From Octopus sinensis (lineage: Eukaryota), in contig NC_043010.1 of the NCBI RefSeq assembly GCF_006345805.1, positions 27,218,001 through 27,282,000 on the forward strand: a stretch of DNA of 64,000 nucleotides, read 5' to 3'. Shown here piece after piece: positions 39,303 through 53,570 of this stretch. The notes under the pieces are model-generated. The model did no database searches. It had not been told where the DNA came from and saw only the letters and a list, made by a program, of their open reading frames with translations. The stretch's first letter is position 1. Each line of letters begins with the position of its first letter. The translations under genes and the position numbers were made by a program.

Positions 39303-39471
39303 AGGCGCAGGAGTGGCTGTGTGGTTAGTAGCTTGCTTACGAACCACATGGCTCCGGGTTCAGTCCCACTGCGTGGCACCTTCGGCAAGTGTCTTCTACT
39401 ATAGCCCCACCCCGACCAAAGCCTTGTGAATGAATTGGTAGACGGAAACTGAAAGAAGCCTATGATATATA

Positions 39472-39502
<31 letters not shown>

Positions 39503-39517
39503 CTATATATATATGTA

Positions 39518-39548
<31 letters not shown>

Positions 39549-39822
39549 ATGTATATATGTATATATATATGATATAAGTATATATATATATGTGTGTGGG
39601 TGTGTATTGTGTGCCTGTGTTTGTCCCCTCAACATCAGTTGACAACCGATGGCAGTGTGTTTACGTTCCTGTAACTTAGCGGTTCGGAAAGAGAAATCGA
39701 TAGAATAAGTACTAGGCTTACAAAGAATAAGTCCTGGGTCAATTTGCTCGACTAAAGGCGGTGCTCCAGCATGGCCACAGTCAAATGACTGAAACAAGTA
39801 AAAGAGAGTAAGAGTTAAAGAG
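39303..39822 (+). mobile_element. SINE family B, full length
   Basis: A box GGCTGTGTGGT, B box GGTTCAGTCCC, CORE-like CCTTCGGCAAGT, tail AAACAAGTAAAAGAG. Confidence 0.92.
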
Positions 39823-40585
39823 TACATGCTTCTACTAGAGTACTCATACGGTATGTGTATGTTTGTATACATACATATGTGTGTGTGTGTGTGTAGACGG
39901 ACAGACAGACGTGATGGATAGATAAAAGGATAGAGAGAAAGAAAAAGATGGCCAGACGGATACATAGACAGACAGACAGCTAGATAGATCGTTAGACAAA
40001 AACAGATTTTCAAACTTCTTATCTTAGGTCTGGAAAACATGACAAATGTTGCTTAACAAATTTTCTATTTTAACCATCAGACAAATTGCATAGCTTCTCT
40101 ATCATTCACTCAAAGTATATCAACACGAAATTTGAGCAACAGAACATTAGATTGGGGATTATACATAAATACGTATGCATGTATAGTATACATACACACG
40201 CACGTATGTAGATACATATGTATATACGAGTATGTTTATATATTTACACACGAGTGTATATGTGTGTGTGTGTGCATGTGAATATATATGTATACAGATA
40301 TACGTGTATATATACATATATGCATGTACATGCTTATACATGTATATAGACACACACACACACATATATATATATAAGACGGACGCATTTGTAAATATGT
40401 ATATACAATTAAATGTATACATATACAAATATATGTGTGTATATTGATATACACTCACAAATATACATACACACATACATAAACACAGATACTACACACA
40501 CAAACACACAAACACACACGCACCGCAATAAAGTTTCAAAAAGTTTTCAAGCAGGAAAGTCTTAACGGAAATTTGATAAATTACA

Positions 40586-40685
40586 NNNNNNNNNNNNNNN
40601 NNNNNNNNNNNNNNNNNNNNNNNNNNNNNNNNNNNNNNNNNNNNNNNNNNNNNNNNNNNNNNNNNNNNNNNNNNNNNNNNNNNNN
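40586..40685. other. Assembly gap (100 N)
   Basis: Run of n. Confidence 1.
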
Positions 40686-41523
40686 CAAATTACATTTTGA
40701 ACATTTTCTAACACAATCCGCTCCATTTTACAGTTTTTGTTTTTATTAATCAGGCAACCCTCCCAGCTCTTGTTATTGTTGTTGTTATTGTTATTGTTGT
40801 TGAACCCCCTCTCCCAACTCAGTATTAGTTGAGCTGATCTCAAATATAAGACGTGCCGGCCAAGACCATCCTGCCTTTTTTAGTTTCTAGAAAGTATTTA
40901 TCTAATGTTACATACATTCCCTTTATCAAAATGATAGCTTTGAGGTTATTATTTCTAGCAAATTGATCGACCACCTACGTGCATGTACCCTCACCACGGT
41001 TACTGCAGTCATAATTGCTATTGTTGCTGCTGTTGTTGTGAGAGTCTTGGGGGTGGGGATCAGTAACAGCTGAACTATAATTGTCAGCTACAACTGCTTT
41101 TTGACACCAATTATTTCAGAAGAGGACATTACGGTTTCAAATGACGTGTTCTCTCCCTCATAGTTCAGCAGAAGAGCACTCTACCCCTGTTCATTTGCCT
41201 TGGTATTTACATTGACACTTAAACAAATAACTTTATATGTATGTATGCATGCATGTATGTGTGTATGTATGTATGTATGTGTGTATGTATGTATGTATGT
41301 ATGTATGGTATGTATATATGTATGTATGTGCGTGCATGTATGTATGTATGTGCGTGCATGTGTGTATGTGCGTTCATGTGTGTATGTATGTATGTATGTG
41401 TATATGTATGTGTATATATACGTATGTGTTTATATGTTTGTCTGTATGTATGATTGTTAAAAGGATATATACACAAGTGTGTATATATATACATTTATAT
41501 GTATATATATATACATTTATATG

Positions 41524-41583
<60 letters not shown>

Positions 41584-41848
41584 CTATATATATATATATA
41601 TATATATATAGTAATATATGTATTAATATGTGTGTGTGTATGTACGCATGTATGTATGTATGTATACATATGTGTACATACATTCAACTACACGTGTATA
41701 TATTTTCGCATGCGTATTCTTCTGAAAATGCCAGCGTGGACTGAACAGTATTACTAAAATTACGCCATTTTGTATATACAAGTGTGTGTATATTATCCTA
41801 TATTCATATATGTAATCCTATATTCAATGTATATCCATCTATATCTAT

Positions 41849-41898
<50 letters not shown>

Positions 41899-42524
41899 GT
41901 ATATAGGATTACACGATCACAGCTGACCATACAGCTAACTGATTAACTAAACCCAGGATAATAAAAGAGATAAATGGCAACAAGGCAGCTGTCTACATTA
42001 ACCGCCAGATAGATAGGAATATCAAATTTCTGACAGTTGTCTGTGCGTCCATATTGACATCAGGTCATACAGCTATTACGCAGCCGCAACGCCGCTGCTA
42101 TAGCTGACCTCAAAATACGACTCAACTGTTTGTTATCTGCTTTTTGTTGTTGTTGTTGTTGTATTGTTTTTGAAAGGAATGATATTATTAGAGAATTAAT
42201 GTAATTCTTGATATATTATTATGTAAAGTTAACTGAGAAGGTCATGGCTGGAACGGCAATGATCATAGATCTCAATAACATGTTCAGCTGCGCATGTCAC
42301 ACAGCCAAAGGAAGCAGCCTCTACGAAATATTACTCGACGTGCTAAGATTAGCAGCAGACCTCCTTTAAATCACTCTCTGCCGTTTTTTTAGACAGGAGC
42401 ACGTTGGAGATTTTTGTCTTGGGTTCCTAGCATTTAAGACAGAGACGGCCGGAAATATTTTTTTTTCATACAAGTTATCGATCAAGCTTAACCTAGGAAA
42501 CAGCAACAACAGTAGCAGCAATTT

Positions 42525-42669
42525 CTGTCGTAAGAAGTTTGCTTCCCAACCACATGGTTCTTGGTTCAGATCTCACTACCTGGCACCTTTGGGTGTCTTC
42601 TGCTATAGTCTCGGTCCGAACAAAGACTTGTGAGTGGATTTGGTAGATAGAAACTGAAAGAATCACATC

Positions 42670-42713
<44 letters not shown>

Positions 42714-42893
42714 GTCTGTGTTTGTCCCCCCAACATCGCTTGACAACCGATGGTGGTGTGTTTACGTTCCTGTAACTTAGCGGTTCGGCAAAAGAGACCG
42801 ATAGAATAATTCCTGGGTTCGATTTGCTCGACTAAAACCGGTGCTCCAGCATGGCCGCAGTCAAATGACTGAAAATAGTAAAAGAGTAAAGAG
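42525..42893 (+). mobile_element. SINE family B
   Basis: Matches family. Confidence 0.85.
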
Positions 42894-42939
42894 TATATAT
42901 AAACGCTGTTTGACGCTGATACTGCTGAATATATATATT

Positions 42940-43138
42940 CTTTTTTTTTGTCTCGGTCATTTGACTGAGGCCATGCAGGAGCACCGCCTTTTAGTCGAAT
43001 TAATCAACCCCAGGACTTATTCTTTGTGAGCCTAGTACCTATTCTATCGGTCTCTTTTGCCGAACTGCTTAGTTACAGGGACGTAAACACACCAACATCG
43101 GTTTTCAAGCGATGGTGGGGGACAACACAAACACACAA

Positions 43139-43186
<48 letters not shown>

Positions 43187-43350
43187 GTATACATATACGA
43201 CGGGCTTCTTTCAGTTTCTGTCTACCAAATCCACTCACAAGGCTTTGGTCGGCCCGAGGCTATAGCAGAAGACACTTGCCCAAAGTGTCACACAGTGGGA
43301 CTGAACGCGGAACCATGTAGTTGAGAAGCAAGCCTCTTACCACACACCAG
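42940..43350 (-). mobile_element. SINE family B
   Basis: Matches family; tail-to-tail with the previous copy. Confidence 0.88.
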
Positions 43351-43352
43351 GC

Positions 43353-43385
<33 letters not shown>

Positions 43386-43524
43386 ATATACGCGTGTGTG
43401 TCTTTGTGTGGCCCCCACCACTGCTTGACGCTTGACAATGGTGTTGGCATGTCTAATGACTGAAATAAGTGAAAGATAAAAGGCGAAAGAGTTCGCTTTA
43501 GAAAAGACAACATTCGAAAATACT

Positions 43525-43734
43525 GGTTTCAAATTTTGGCACAAGGCCAGCAATTTCGGAGGTGGTGAAGAGGGGGGTGTCGATTACATCGATCCCAGTG
43601 TTCAATTTGTACCTATTTTATCGACTCCGAATGGATGAAAGGCAAAGACGAAATTTGGACTCAAAACGTAAACACGGACGAAATGTCGCTTAACTTTTCT
43701 TCCGGCATACTAACCATTCTGGCAGCTCGCCGCC
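43525..43734 (-). mobile_element. SINE family A
   Basis: Ends GGCAGCTCGCCGCC. Confidence 0.8.
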
Positions 43735-44533
43735 CTCAAGAAAATGTAATATTGTCGTGAGTTTCTTGTTTATTGGATAAAGACGGGATGGTCAAGATTG
43801 TTTGAGACATCTATGATCAGAGGACTGGTCGATCAGTGCTGACCCGGGGTTAAATAACACCACCAACAACAGTAACAAAACGGAAGCTTGAATCACAAGT
43901 CTCAATTGTATTACATTGTTAATGATTTCAAAATATTATTACACGCGCCACCAACGACTCGTCTTCAACACCAAACACCATACAGTAAATTGTCTCTCAA
44001 CATGTAAACCCTATATAATATGTAATATATAAAAAGTAACGGGTCTAAAAATCTGCACATTCTCGAATAGTATGATATAAATCTCTCTCTGTTGTTCTTT
44101 CTGTTACCCCAGCCCCTCAATTTTTAAACGTTATTTTTATACGACATGAACGCACAAAAATATATAATACCCATAGCTGTTAACATGGTGGTCATGTAAC
44201 ACCATTTTTCCTTTGTCGAAGCAGACGTGTTTATTCTGACCATATATGAACCACTTCAAGACTTGGTTCCAAATAAATAGACTTGAGTGAAAAATCTATC
44301 AAATTCGTCTTGCCCGTCCGTTCTTAACAACAGATACTAGACAACATCTGCTACAAGCAAACGACACACTCAGCAACATATAAAATCTCTCTTTCCCTCT
44401 CTTACATACACACATACCATACAGACGATCATACAAACATCACACATCAGACAAACAGACATTTGATAGACACACAAACATGTCAGACAAACAAACATAT
44501 CAGATGAACACACACACACACACACACACACAC

Positions 44534-44570
<37 letters not shown>

Positions 44571-44672
44571 ACACACAAACACACGCACGCACAGACAAAA
44601 TCATATACAAACACATATATTAAGCAAACACATACATACAAACATCACACAAATACATAAGACACGCGCACG

Positions 44673-44719
<47 letters not shown>

Positions 44720-45051
44720 GGCAAAAATATTAAAAATTACACGCAACAATTCTGCAATATTCACAGCAGACATAGGAAAGACAAAAGAAGAGAAAAGGAA
44801 AAAAAAGCAAGAAAAATGGAGAGCAAACACGTGAAGAGCCTTGTAGGCGTCATATTTGACCAGCACAAGGAAACAACAACAAGCATGGCAACAACAAAGG
44901 CAGCAACAAGCACAACAACGAGCGCTACAAGAAGCACGACACAACAAGTACAATAGTAAGCACAAAAGTAACAACAAGCAGACGAACAATAACAATGGAC
45001 ACTTCGGTGAGAAAATGGCAGCGACTTCAGAGCTCTGGTGGGCGACGGAAA

Positions 45052-45162
45052 ATTTATATGAGTCCTGGGTATAAAAAGGGAGTTGGAGATTTATATGAGT
45101 CGTGGGTATAAAAAGGGAGTTGGAGATTAATATGAGTCGTGGGTATAAAAAGGGAGTTGGAG
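45052..45162 (+). repeat. 37-bp tandem repeat x3
   Basis: ATTTATATGAGTCSTGGGTATAAAAAGGGAGTTGGAG at 45052, 45089 and 45126. Confidence 0.95.
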
Positions 45163-45867
45163 ATGCATCTGTAATGTTATTTGATTGTCTTTATAGACTT
45201 TGACTCCTAATTAAATATTAACTTCCAAAATATTATTTTTAAATGTAATATTGTAATAAAATGCCTGGCGTGCAAACCATTCTGCCTGTTCGTCGCCTTA
45301 CTCTGGCCTAAAATTAAGTTTGCGAACATTAATATTAAGTTTGGGAACATTAAATATTAAAGAAAAGTGGGTGGCAGTTAAAAAACTTTGAGGAGCAATG
45401 CAGTGTATTTGTTTCTGCTGAGACTGCTCTGAGCTCAAATCTCACCGAGGCCAACTTTTCTGTCGCCCTTTCGGAGTTAACAAAAAATATGTTCAGGGCA
45501 GTGAATTGGCGGACAAGTTTAGTTGGTGGTGCAGCAGATGTGTGTAGTAGTTTGACGAGCAAAGTATCCCTGTTTGTCGTGTCGGATGAAAGTTTGTCAG
45601 AGACTAAAGTTAACACTCTCTCTCTTTCACACACAAAAAATATACACTTCCACCACCAACAACAACATTTACGTCGTCATCTCTACCTCTACCGCTGTCA
45701 AGACCTGCTAAAACAACAAACAGGAATACCACCTCCACGACCACCAACACCACATCCTCCAAGCCACTCCTACAACTGCCATCGATAGCAACGCAGACAA
45801 CAAGATCACCACTCCAAACACCATATGCACACTACATTACCCACACATAACCCCAACAGCAGCACCA

Positions 45868-46065
45868 GTGGAGGCGCAATGGCCGAGTGGTTATGGCAGC
45901 GGACTCGCGGTCGTAAGAACGCGGTTTCGATTCCCAGACCGGGCATTGCGAGTGTTTATTGAGCAAAAACACCTAAGCTCCACGAAACTCCGACGGGGGG
46001 TTGGGAGTGAACACCGCTGTACTCTTTCACTACAACTTTCTCTCACTCTTTCTTCCTACTTCTGC
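45868..46065 (+). mobile_element. SINE family D (tRNA-derived), 3'-truncated
   Basis: A box TGGCCGAGTGG, B box GGTTTCGATTCCC; homologous to 57100-57403. Confidence 0.85.
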
Positions 46066-47736
46066 CACAAAGCAGAGGAACCCACTATGGTGTGGTAAAA
46101 CTTTCAGACCCTACTCTAGATTGCGAAACCTCTGTACCCCAGGATGGTTCAGCTCTCCACCCGTTAAAAGCCACCGTGTACGGAATGAGGATAACAACGT
46201 AGCTTTCGCGCCCGAGCAAGCGCCAGTCTATCACGTGTGGTGGGTGGATCTTCAAGTTGTCACACGCATTCTTAGTAGCTTAGAGTAGGCTCGAATTAGA
46301 GATGATTCTTTGTGGCTAATGGCGTGAGTCCTGATTGGAAGAAGAAGACAGCAGCTTCACCACATCCACCACACCACCACCACCACCACCACCACCACCA
46401 CCACCACCACCAACACCACCACCAACAACAACAACAACAACAACAACAACAGCAACAACGTAAACAGCAATACCAACACCGCCACACAGCACGCACTTCA
46501 TCACCCGCGTCGACAACACCAGCATCACCGCTAGCCACGCCGCCAACGTCGTGTGCCATTGGTAGAAAGAAGTGAGTGTCGCCATTCATAAAAATAACTG
46601 ACAAAAGACTAAACATGAAGCAACATTTGGAAGAAGGTCTTGAAGAATTCCCGTGACAGAATCTTACGTATTTTGTCACTGTTCACCATTATTATCTTTC
46701 CCACCATTATTTGCCGCGGTTAATTTTCTTTATTCTCCCACACAGTCTTTTGTATTGTTCTTCGTCGCCTTCTCTTTCTCCTGCTCTGACTAGTTATTTG
46801 TCTTTTTTCTTTCCCTTACCATTAATAATATACTCTACGCTCTACTATATTTTTTTATTTCTTTTATCCTCGTTTTCTTCTTTATTTCCTTCTGAACTCA
46901 CAAGCTCTAGCATAGCTATTCCCGCCATTTATCATACTCGACAACAAACCAGGGAGAGAGAGAGGGGGGGAGAGGGGGGAGAAAGAGAGAGGAAGCAAAA
47001 CCGACAGAGGCAGAAGAAGAGGAAGAAATGGAGAGGGCAAGATAGAAATGGAGAGAGAGAGAGAGAGGGAGGGGAACGGAGAAAGAGAGGGGAAGAAAGG
47101 GAAGAGAGAAAGAGGGAGACGGAGAAGGTGAGAGACGGCAATAGTCTTGGGAATTAAACTTTTAAAAAACATTCATTTTACAAAGAAATATCAAACCAGA
47201 GTAAAGAAAGCAAACCACCCGAGGAATCCACAAGGATCACCAATAAACATGTACTGACTTCTGGGCCACACAAACAAAAACGGTCCAGAAATCATCAATT
47301 AATGTTGGTTATGCAACATAGCGCAACTCACAATTGTAAACTACAGACAAAACAATAGCGCTTCGTATCGTAACAAACAATATTTTCAAGCTATTCTTTA
47401 TAGCTTCCTCTGCTTCGAGTTTCACGTTCTCTCGAAGTTTCTAAATTCTTATGACGTCAGCAACATATAATTCTCGCTGGTAAGATTAAAATTTCTAAAT
47501 TGTATGGAAAAATTCGGAAGAACGTTTTGGCCCTATCGTAGAACGTCTACCCTGTATACACAAGACGTAGGGCAACCTTCGACATCTTTCTGTTCAAAGG
47601 AATTTTTTTGCATGCTAACGTTTATAGCTTTATCTACTTCGAATTTCACCGCTCCATAAAAGAAACTATATGCAGTTAATTTCTACAGCAAAACAACTGA
47701 AAGACGAAAAACCACCAGGATATGTAAGTAACACAG

Positions 47737-48141
47737 ATTCTTTTCTACTCTAGGCACAAGGCCCGAAATTTTGGGGGAGGGGGAGCCAGTCGATTATATC
47801 GACCCCAGTAGGCAACTAGTACTTAATTTATCGACCCCGAAAAGATTACAGGCAAAGTTGACCCCGGCGGAATTTGAACTCAGAACGTAAAGACAGACAA
47901 AATACATATTTCTTTACTACCCACAAGGGGCTAAACACAGAGAGGACAAACAAGGATAGACAAACGGATTAAGTTGATTATATCGACCCCAGTACGTAAC
48001 TGGTACTTATTTAATAGATCCCGAAAGGATGAAAGGCAAAGTCGACCTGGGCGGAATTTGAACTCAGATACGTAACGGAAGACGAAACACCGCTAAACAT
48101 TTCGCCCGGCGTGCCAACGTTTCTGCCAGCTCACAGCCGCC
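47737..48141 (-). mobile_element. SINE family A dimer
   Basis: Two GGCGGAATTTGAACTCAGA bodies; tail 1 internal, tail 2 terminal. Confidence 0.9.
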
Positions 48142-48879
48142 TTGCAAGGAAAACAGATTCCAGCTACTGCAGACTTCCAATCCATCTATTCTATTACAAG
48201 TATTTCTCTATTACAAGTATTTTTACATGATAATCCATTTACAACAAATCTCCAAATATAATTACCATATAGCATTACCCACAATGCTATTCATTATGGT
48301 TTCCTCTTTCATTCCGAACAAACACGACTAAAGACTTTGTAAATATGAATTGCTTTTGCGCTTATAATGAAGCATAAATGCTTACGTATTTGAATTTTTA
48401 TCACACATGCGCGCGCATTCACCTACACACGCACACACATACACACACACATAAGAGCGCATTTATTCAAACACTCACACAAACACACACACATTCACCC
48501 AAACACACGCATACATTTACCCAAAACTCAAACACATACATACACATTCACCCAAACACACACATACACATTTACCCAAACACACGCACACACATTTAAC
48601 TAAACACTCAAACACACATACATTTACCCAAACACTCACACACACACGCACACACACACACACGCACACACACATTGGCGCGCGCACGCGGATTATATAG
48701 TGTGCAGTGCAACACGTATTACAAAGTCTAAAATAAATTTTATGTGAACTATAGTTTTCTTTTTAAATTACGCAGTCAGAACACCTACGCGCGCATACAC
48801 ACACACACACACACACACACGTGTTGCTGTATGTGTGTGCGTATGTATGTGTGTCCGTGTTCTGGGTGTGACTTTAAAT

Positions 48880-49460
48880 TACATTCGGTAGTGGGGAACT
48901 GGTTCGAAAGATCCAGGACCTCAAGCAGTTTAAAATAACCTCTCAGCCACTACAGTTCCTGACGCTGCTGATCCGAGTTAGAAGCACCTGCGAAGGCCCC
49001 CAGCTATATGTTAACTAGAATGTCATGGAAGAAACTCCAAACACGAACCTCCACTGCCTTGCGAGTGCCTTGAGGAAGGAAAAAGTTAGAAGAATCAACC
49101 CCAACAGCAAATCAAGGAGTTGAGTCCCTTAGATGGTCTGGTGCCCTCTTCGACCCCTTCCGGAAATTCCAGGAGCTATCCAGTCATGCAAAGTAATTCA
49201 TCGAGGAGAAGGCAAATCCATTGTAAAACCTACAACTAACCGGAGACCACAGCCATCTTAGCTAACTTAGGCCTTTTAGTCAGATGTCCAACTCCAGAGA
49301 GTTGGACTGGACTACTTTGATTGACTCACTTTAGAACCACTAAGTGCATACCGGAAGGAAACCGTTCGTGCAATAAGGATCAGTTTACAACAACCACTTG
49401 AGGGCGCGCCGGTCTTTCTTGTGATCTGCGGACACGGAAAAACTGACATCATCATCATCA
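48880..49460 (+). mobile_element. RTE-5'-like interspersed element ending in (CAT)n
   Basis: AACCTCCACTGCCTTGCG...AAATCAAGGAGTTGAGTCCC is related to 23590-23990. Confidence 0.4.
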
Positions 49461-49914
49461 TACACACATAGACATATACTCAAACACTTTGTTTCTCTCT
49501 GTGTCATCTGTTACATGTGTGGGAAATTCTGTCTGTGAATGTGTTTGTGGAATTGTTAGCTAACTCCTCCTACACCGTTTGTTCGATTTTGATGAAATTT
49601 GATACGTGAGTAGAACTCATGTCTGGAAATCTCATGGCATACTCAGATTGTTGAAAAAAAAAATCGAAGATAGGGCCCCTGGAAGGGATCCTTATACATG
49701 TCTAATATATTTTATTTTAAAGACCAAGGGAAATAACCCATTCACCCCTGTAAGAAATCCTTATTTACAGTCAAGAAAAGTTATTTACTTTCAATTATCA
49801 CATATCTGATTAGCCTGTTATTACGTAACATGCTTCACGATTTTATTATACATACCTTATTAGTATTTCCTCTTATGTTCTATATACTATGGGAACACAT
49901 TAAAGCCCTTTAAA

Positions 49915-50038
49915 GGAGTTTTCAGTCGAAAAACTTGATCCCCAGGACTTATTATTTGTAGGTAGTTTCTTTTGCCGAACCCAAACCACTAGGTTACGGG
50001 GACATAAACACAGATACACGCACAAACGCACACACATA

Positions 50039-50069
<31 letters not shown>

Positions 50070-50280
50070 ATATATATTATATATATATATATATACATAT
50101 ATATGTATGCATATACATGACGATCTACTTTCAGTTTCCGTCTACCAAATCCACTCACAAGTCTTTGGTCGACCCGAGGCTATAGTAGAGGACACTTGCT
50201 CAAGTTTCCACGTAGTGGGACTGAACCCGGAATCATATGGTTAGGAAGCAAGCCTCTTACCACATAGGCACGACCGCTCC
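49915..50280 (-). mobile_element. SINE family B, partly deleted
   Basis: TTTCAGTTTCCGTCTACCAAATCCACTCACAA...GGGACTGAACCCGG. Confidence 0.85.
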
Positions 50281-50321
50281 CATACACACACACACGCACG
50301 CACGCAAACGCTCATAAACAC

Positions 50322-51428
50322 ACAGAGGTTGCTGTGAATATATTGTTGTCTAAATTATGCAAAAATGAAATAACACTGACATCTCATTTTAACAGATCTA
50401 TTTACCAAAATTACATAAAAAAATATCTTGAAATACTAAAGAGTAAACATATTCAATAAAATCACCATTGGTTTCAACCACAGCTTCCAGACGACTTTGG
50501 AATCTTCTGCAACTCTTCTGGATGGTCTCCTTGTTTAAGTTGGTGAATACTGCCATAATCCCTGCCTTCAGTTCATCTTTGGTGTTGCAAAGAGTTTTGT
50601 TGGTCTCTCGCTCAACTGCGCTCCAAACATAATCAAGGGGCTTGCAGTGTGGGAAGTTAGGTGGTCAGATGTTAGGGGTGATGTGGTCGCAAAAATTCTC
50701 TGACAACCATAACTGGGTTCTCCTGCTTGTGTGGCATGGTGCAAAGTCCTGTTGCCAGACACAGGGCCTTCCAACAGCCACCCTCTTGACTCAGGGCAGC
50801 CCTACCTCCTCCAGGAATGTGATGTTGGCCTCCGTGTTAACTCTGAGGTCGTGTGGGAAGATGAATGGAAGCATAACGTTCCCATCACTAGTGATCACTC
50901 CAAACATCATGATGTTGACTGGATGTTTGATTTTTATTTCTCTCGGAACATGTCTCAGTGTGTTTACTATCTGGTCCTGATAGAAATATTTCTTGTCTGA
51001 GAAAAACCAAAGCATGTTCGGTTGGATGGGATGCTGGAGTTTGTTTAAAAACTTCGTAGAGAGATCTTTTCTCTTGTCCTTGATGGCTTGGGATAAAATT
51101 TGGCCCTTTCTCATCTTGGATGAGGAATACCAAATGTCTTCATGCACCTCTTCTGCCTGATAAGAAACTCAGACACTCCCATGTCCCTGACAATAGACCT
51201 GATTGACTTCGAGGGATCGTTGTCAATCATAGCCTAGATCTCACCAACAAATTCAGGAGTTCCTTTCTTATCAGAACGATCAGAGTGTGTTTTCCGAGCT
51301 GCCGTACCTTCGTAATCACTTATCTAACTCTTTCCGAATCCTCTGCACTGTCCTCAGATTGACACTCAAACACTCTGAAATGTCCATATTGGAGCTTCCG
51401 GTGCGAATACCAAGTAGTACAGCATCTC
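50322..51428 (-). pseudogene. Decayed DD37D (maT-type) Tc1/mariner transposase
   Basis: HTH DISECLSVNLRTVQRIRKE; WFFSD; VWQQDFAPCH-...-PLDY with 37 residues between the Ds; several stops and frameshifts. Confidence 0.92.
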
Positions 51429-51599
51429 TATAATCCCCACCAGCGAAGGATGGAAGAAATAACAACCAAACGTTTAATGAGTGAAACCAGTAAGAAGCTG
51501 AACTTGTAACCGAAAGGTTGCAAAGCACACTTCTTACCACTCGGCCACGGTTGCACCTTATAAGGTCAGATTTATACTTAAAGTTTAATTTTCCTCTGA

Positions 51600-52660
51600 A
51601 AGGAAAATAAGTGAATTTTATTAAAGCAAAGGTCGTCCTTTGAGACCTCTTCAGCGACTCTCCATGCCACGTGTCTCCTGTTCTGTTTAGTCCATGAAGG
51701 ATTTCAGACGTCCTATGAAAGTTTGTTTCAAAACATTTTCTTATCAATTGCAATTTGAAATGCAAAGAATTTTACCAATTTCTATATTTTTCGCCACTCA
51801 AAGAAAAGACAGAAATATATGACAATGACAAGCATATCTACTGTCATCATTTGGAATAATTACAAAACAATTTCTCCGAATGATTTGAAGATATTTTTGC
51901 TGATTCCAAATAGGATTTTAGACTTATTTTCAAGAAATGAAGAAAGTAAAGTAATTACAAAAATTGGTTGAGTTAAAAACTAAAAAAAAAACATGAAGAG
52001 TTGAAGATCAAATTTAAGAACAGGCACCATCATTTCTGGTTGCAGTACCAAATTACAAACTTTCAATCCGAGATGATGGATTGTTGTGAAAAAGTTCCTA
52101 ATTGCGTTTCCAGGGTCATATTCGGTTGGACCTAAGCTCAGTGTTGCTATGGAGCTTTGAAAATAAGAACATAACTCATCCAAACATTTAAATAAAATTA
52201 TTTCAGAATTTTGTTTGGAAATATCGAATCAAATATGGAAAAATTAGTGACGTCAGATCAGAACCATTTTTAACAGGAATAAATCTGTAATTTTAGATAT
52301 TTTTATACAATTTATATTTTGGTTATACCATAAATGCTTAAACCTTTTACTGTAGAAACCAGATATATGCACTCAAAATTTCCTTAGCCAGCAGTTTTAT
52401 ATAACAATCTTTCTTTTGCTGAGGAATGTCTTGTTTGAAACTATTTTGTTGTGAAGCATTAAGTTTATTGAGGTAACGTGACGTGCAGCAAATGTAAATT
52501 CTATGGCTTTGCAGATATTCAACATTAATACTGGAATAAATATAATAGAAGAAATATTTAAATTTAATTTTCAGGGGTTTCATTTGTGACCTGCTTTACA
52601 GGGGTCGCTGATGATATATTTTCTATAAAAGCTAAGCCGAAATAGTTTGAAAAACACTGT
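51600..52660 (+). pseudogene. Decayed hAT (Buster/Charlie-like) transposase C-terminus and right end
   Basis: EELKIKFKN...FWLQ...WIVVKKFLIAFPGSY...NIESNMEKLV resembles the hAT dimerisation region; terminus TTTGAAAAACACTG at ~52646-52659. Confidence 0.7.
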
Positions 52661-53342
52661 AGAGAAACAGCAAATATCTTGCTCAAACTGAGTTCACCAT
52701 GACCGCCATCTATATAATCCTCACCAACGAAGGATTTTCTATACAGCTGTTCGACCTACTAGAAATATCAGTCAAATCTCCCTCAAATTATACCCTAACA
52801 TCTCATTTAAGGACAGGTTACGATATATAATATAACTCCACTTAGCTTAACATTATATGTATGCTCGATTGGAGATAACACGGCCCTAAACAACAGCAAC
52901 AGCAACAGTGTCACATATGCACGAACGAATCAGATGTTTGAGGGAACTGAGCGATTGGCTTCAAGCTGGTGCCATGGTATATCTGACCAAATGCGTTTGT
53001 GGGCCACTCTTTGTCTTTTGACCGACAAAAAGCTTTGAAAGCCAAAGATTTCGTTCGAATGAGGAAGTTGAATTGATTCTAAAAGACCACAACGAGAGCA
53101 AAGACGGGTGTTTAACATGAACAGACTGAGCAGCGGTCGTAAAAGAAAGATGATGATGCAACATACCCCACCACCACATACGTTAAACAACTGCAGGAGG
53201 ACAGAAGCAGACTGGACAATTGTCATATTAGAATGGAAATAACACAACATATTGACCATATTATATTCCCCATACACTAATCCACTGCAGATGAGAATGT
53301 TCAATATGGTCGTCTACAAGATGGATGTACAGAACACATATA

Positions 53343-53570
53343 CACGAGGTGGTGGGGTGGGGTGCTGAAAAGTTCCTGGCTTTAAGGGTGTCATGAAAGG
53401 CATGGATGGAGGCCCAACCATCCAAGTTCTTTTACAGGGCTTAGAAAAACTGAAGGACGGCTGCAATAAGTGTGTGAATTTGAAAGGGAAATATGTTGAA
53501 TAAAATCATAACTGATCCTCCTGTATTTTCTTTTTTCCAAAGCCAGGACCTTTTCAGCATTCACTCATAT
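53343..53570 (+). mobile_element. Mariner-derived MITE retaining the transposase C-terminus
   Basis: TIRs as at 6025-6229; encodes LQGLEKLKDGCNKCVNLKGKYVE*. Confidence 0.85.

Noticed and set aside
45052-45162. 37-bp repeats as a CRISPR array
   Set aside because: Contiguous units without spacers, no cas genes, eukaryotic context.
45868-45945. tRNA gene
   Set aside because: It is the head of SINE D and continues into a body shared with 57100-57403.
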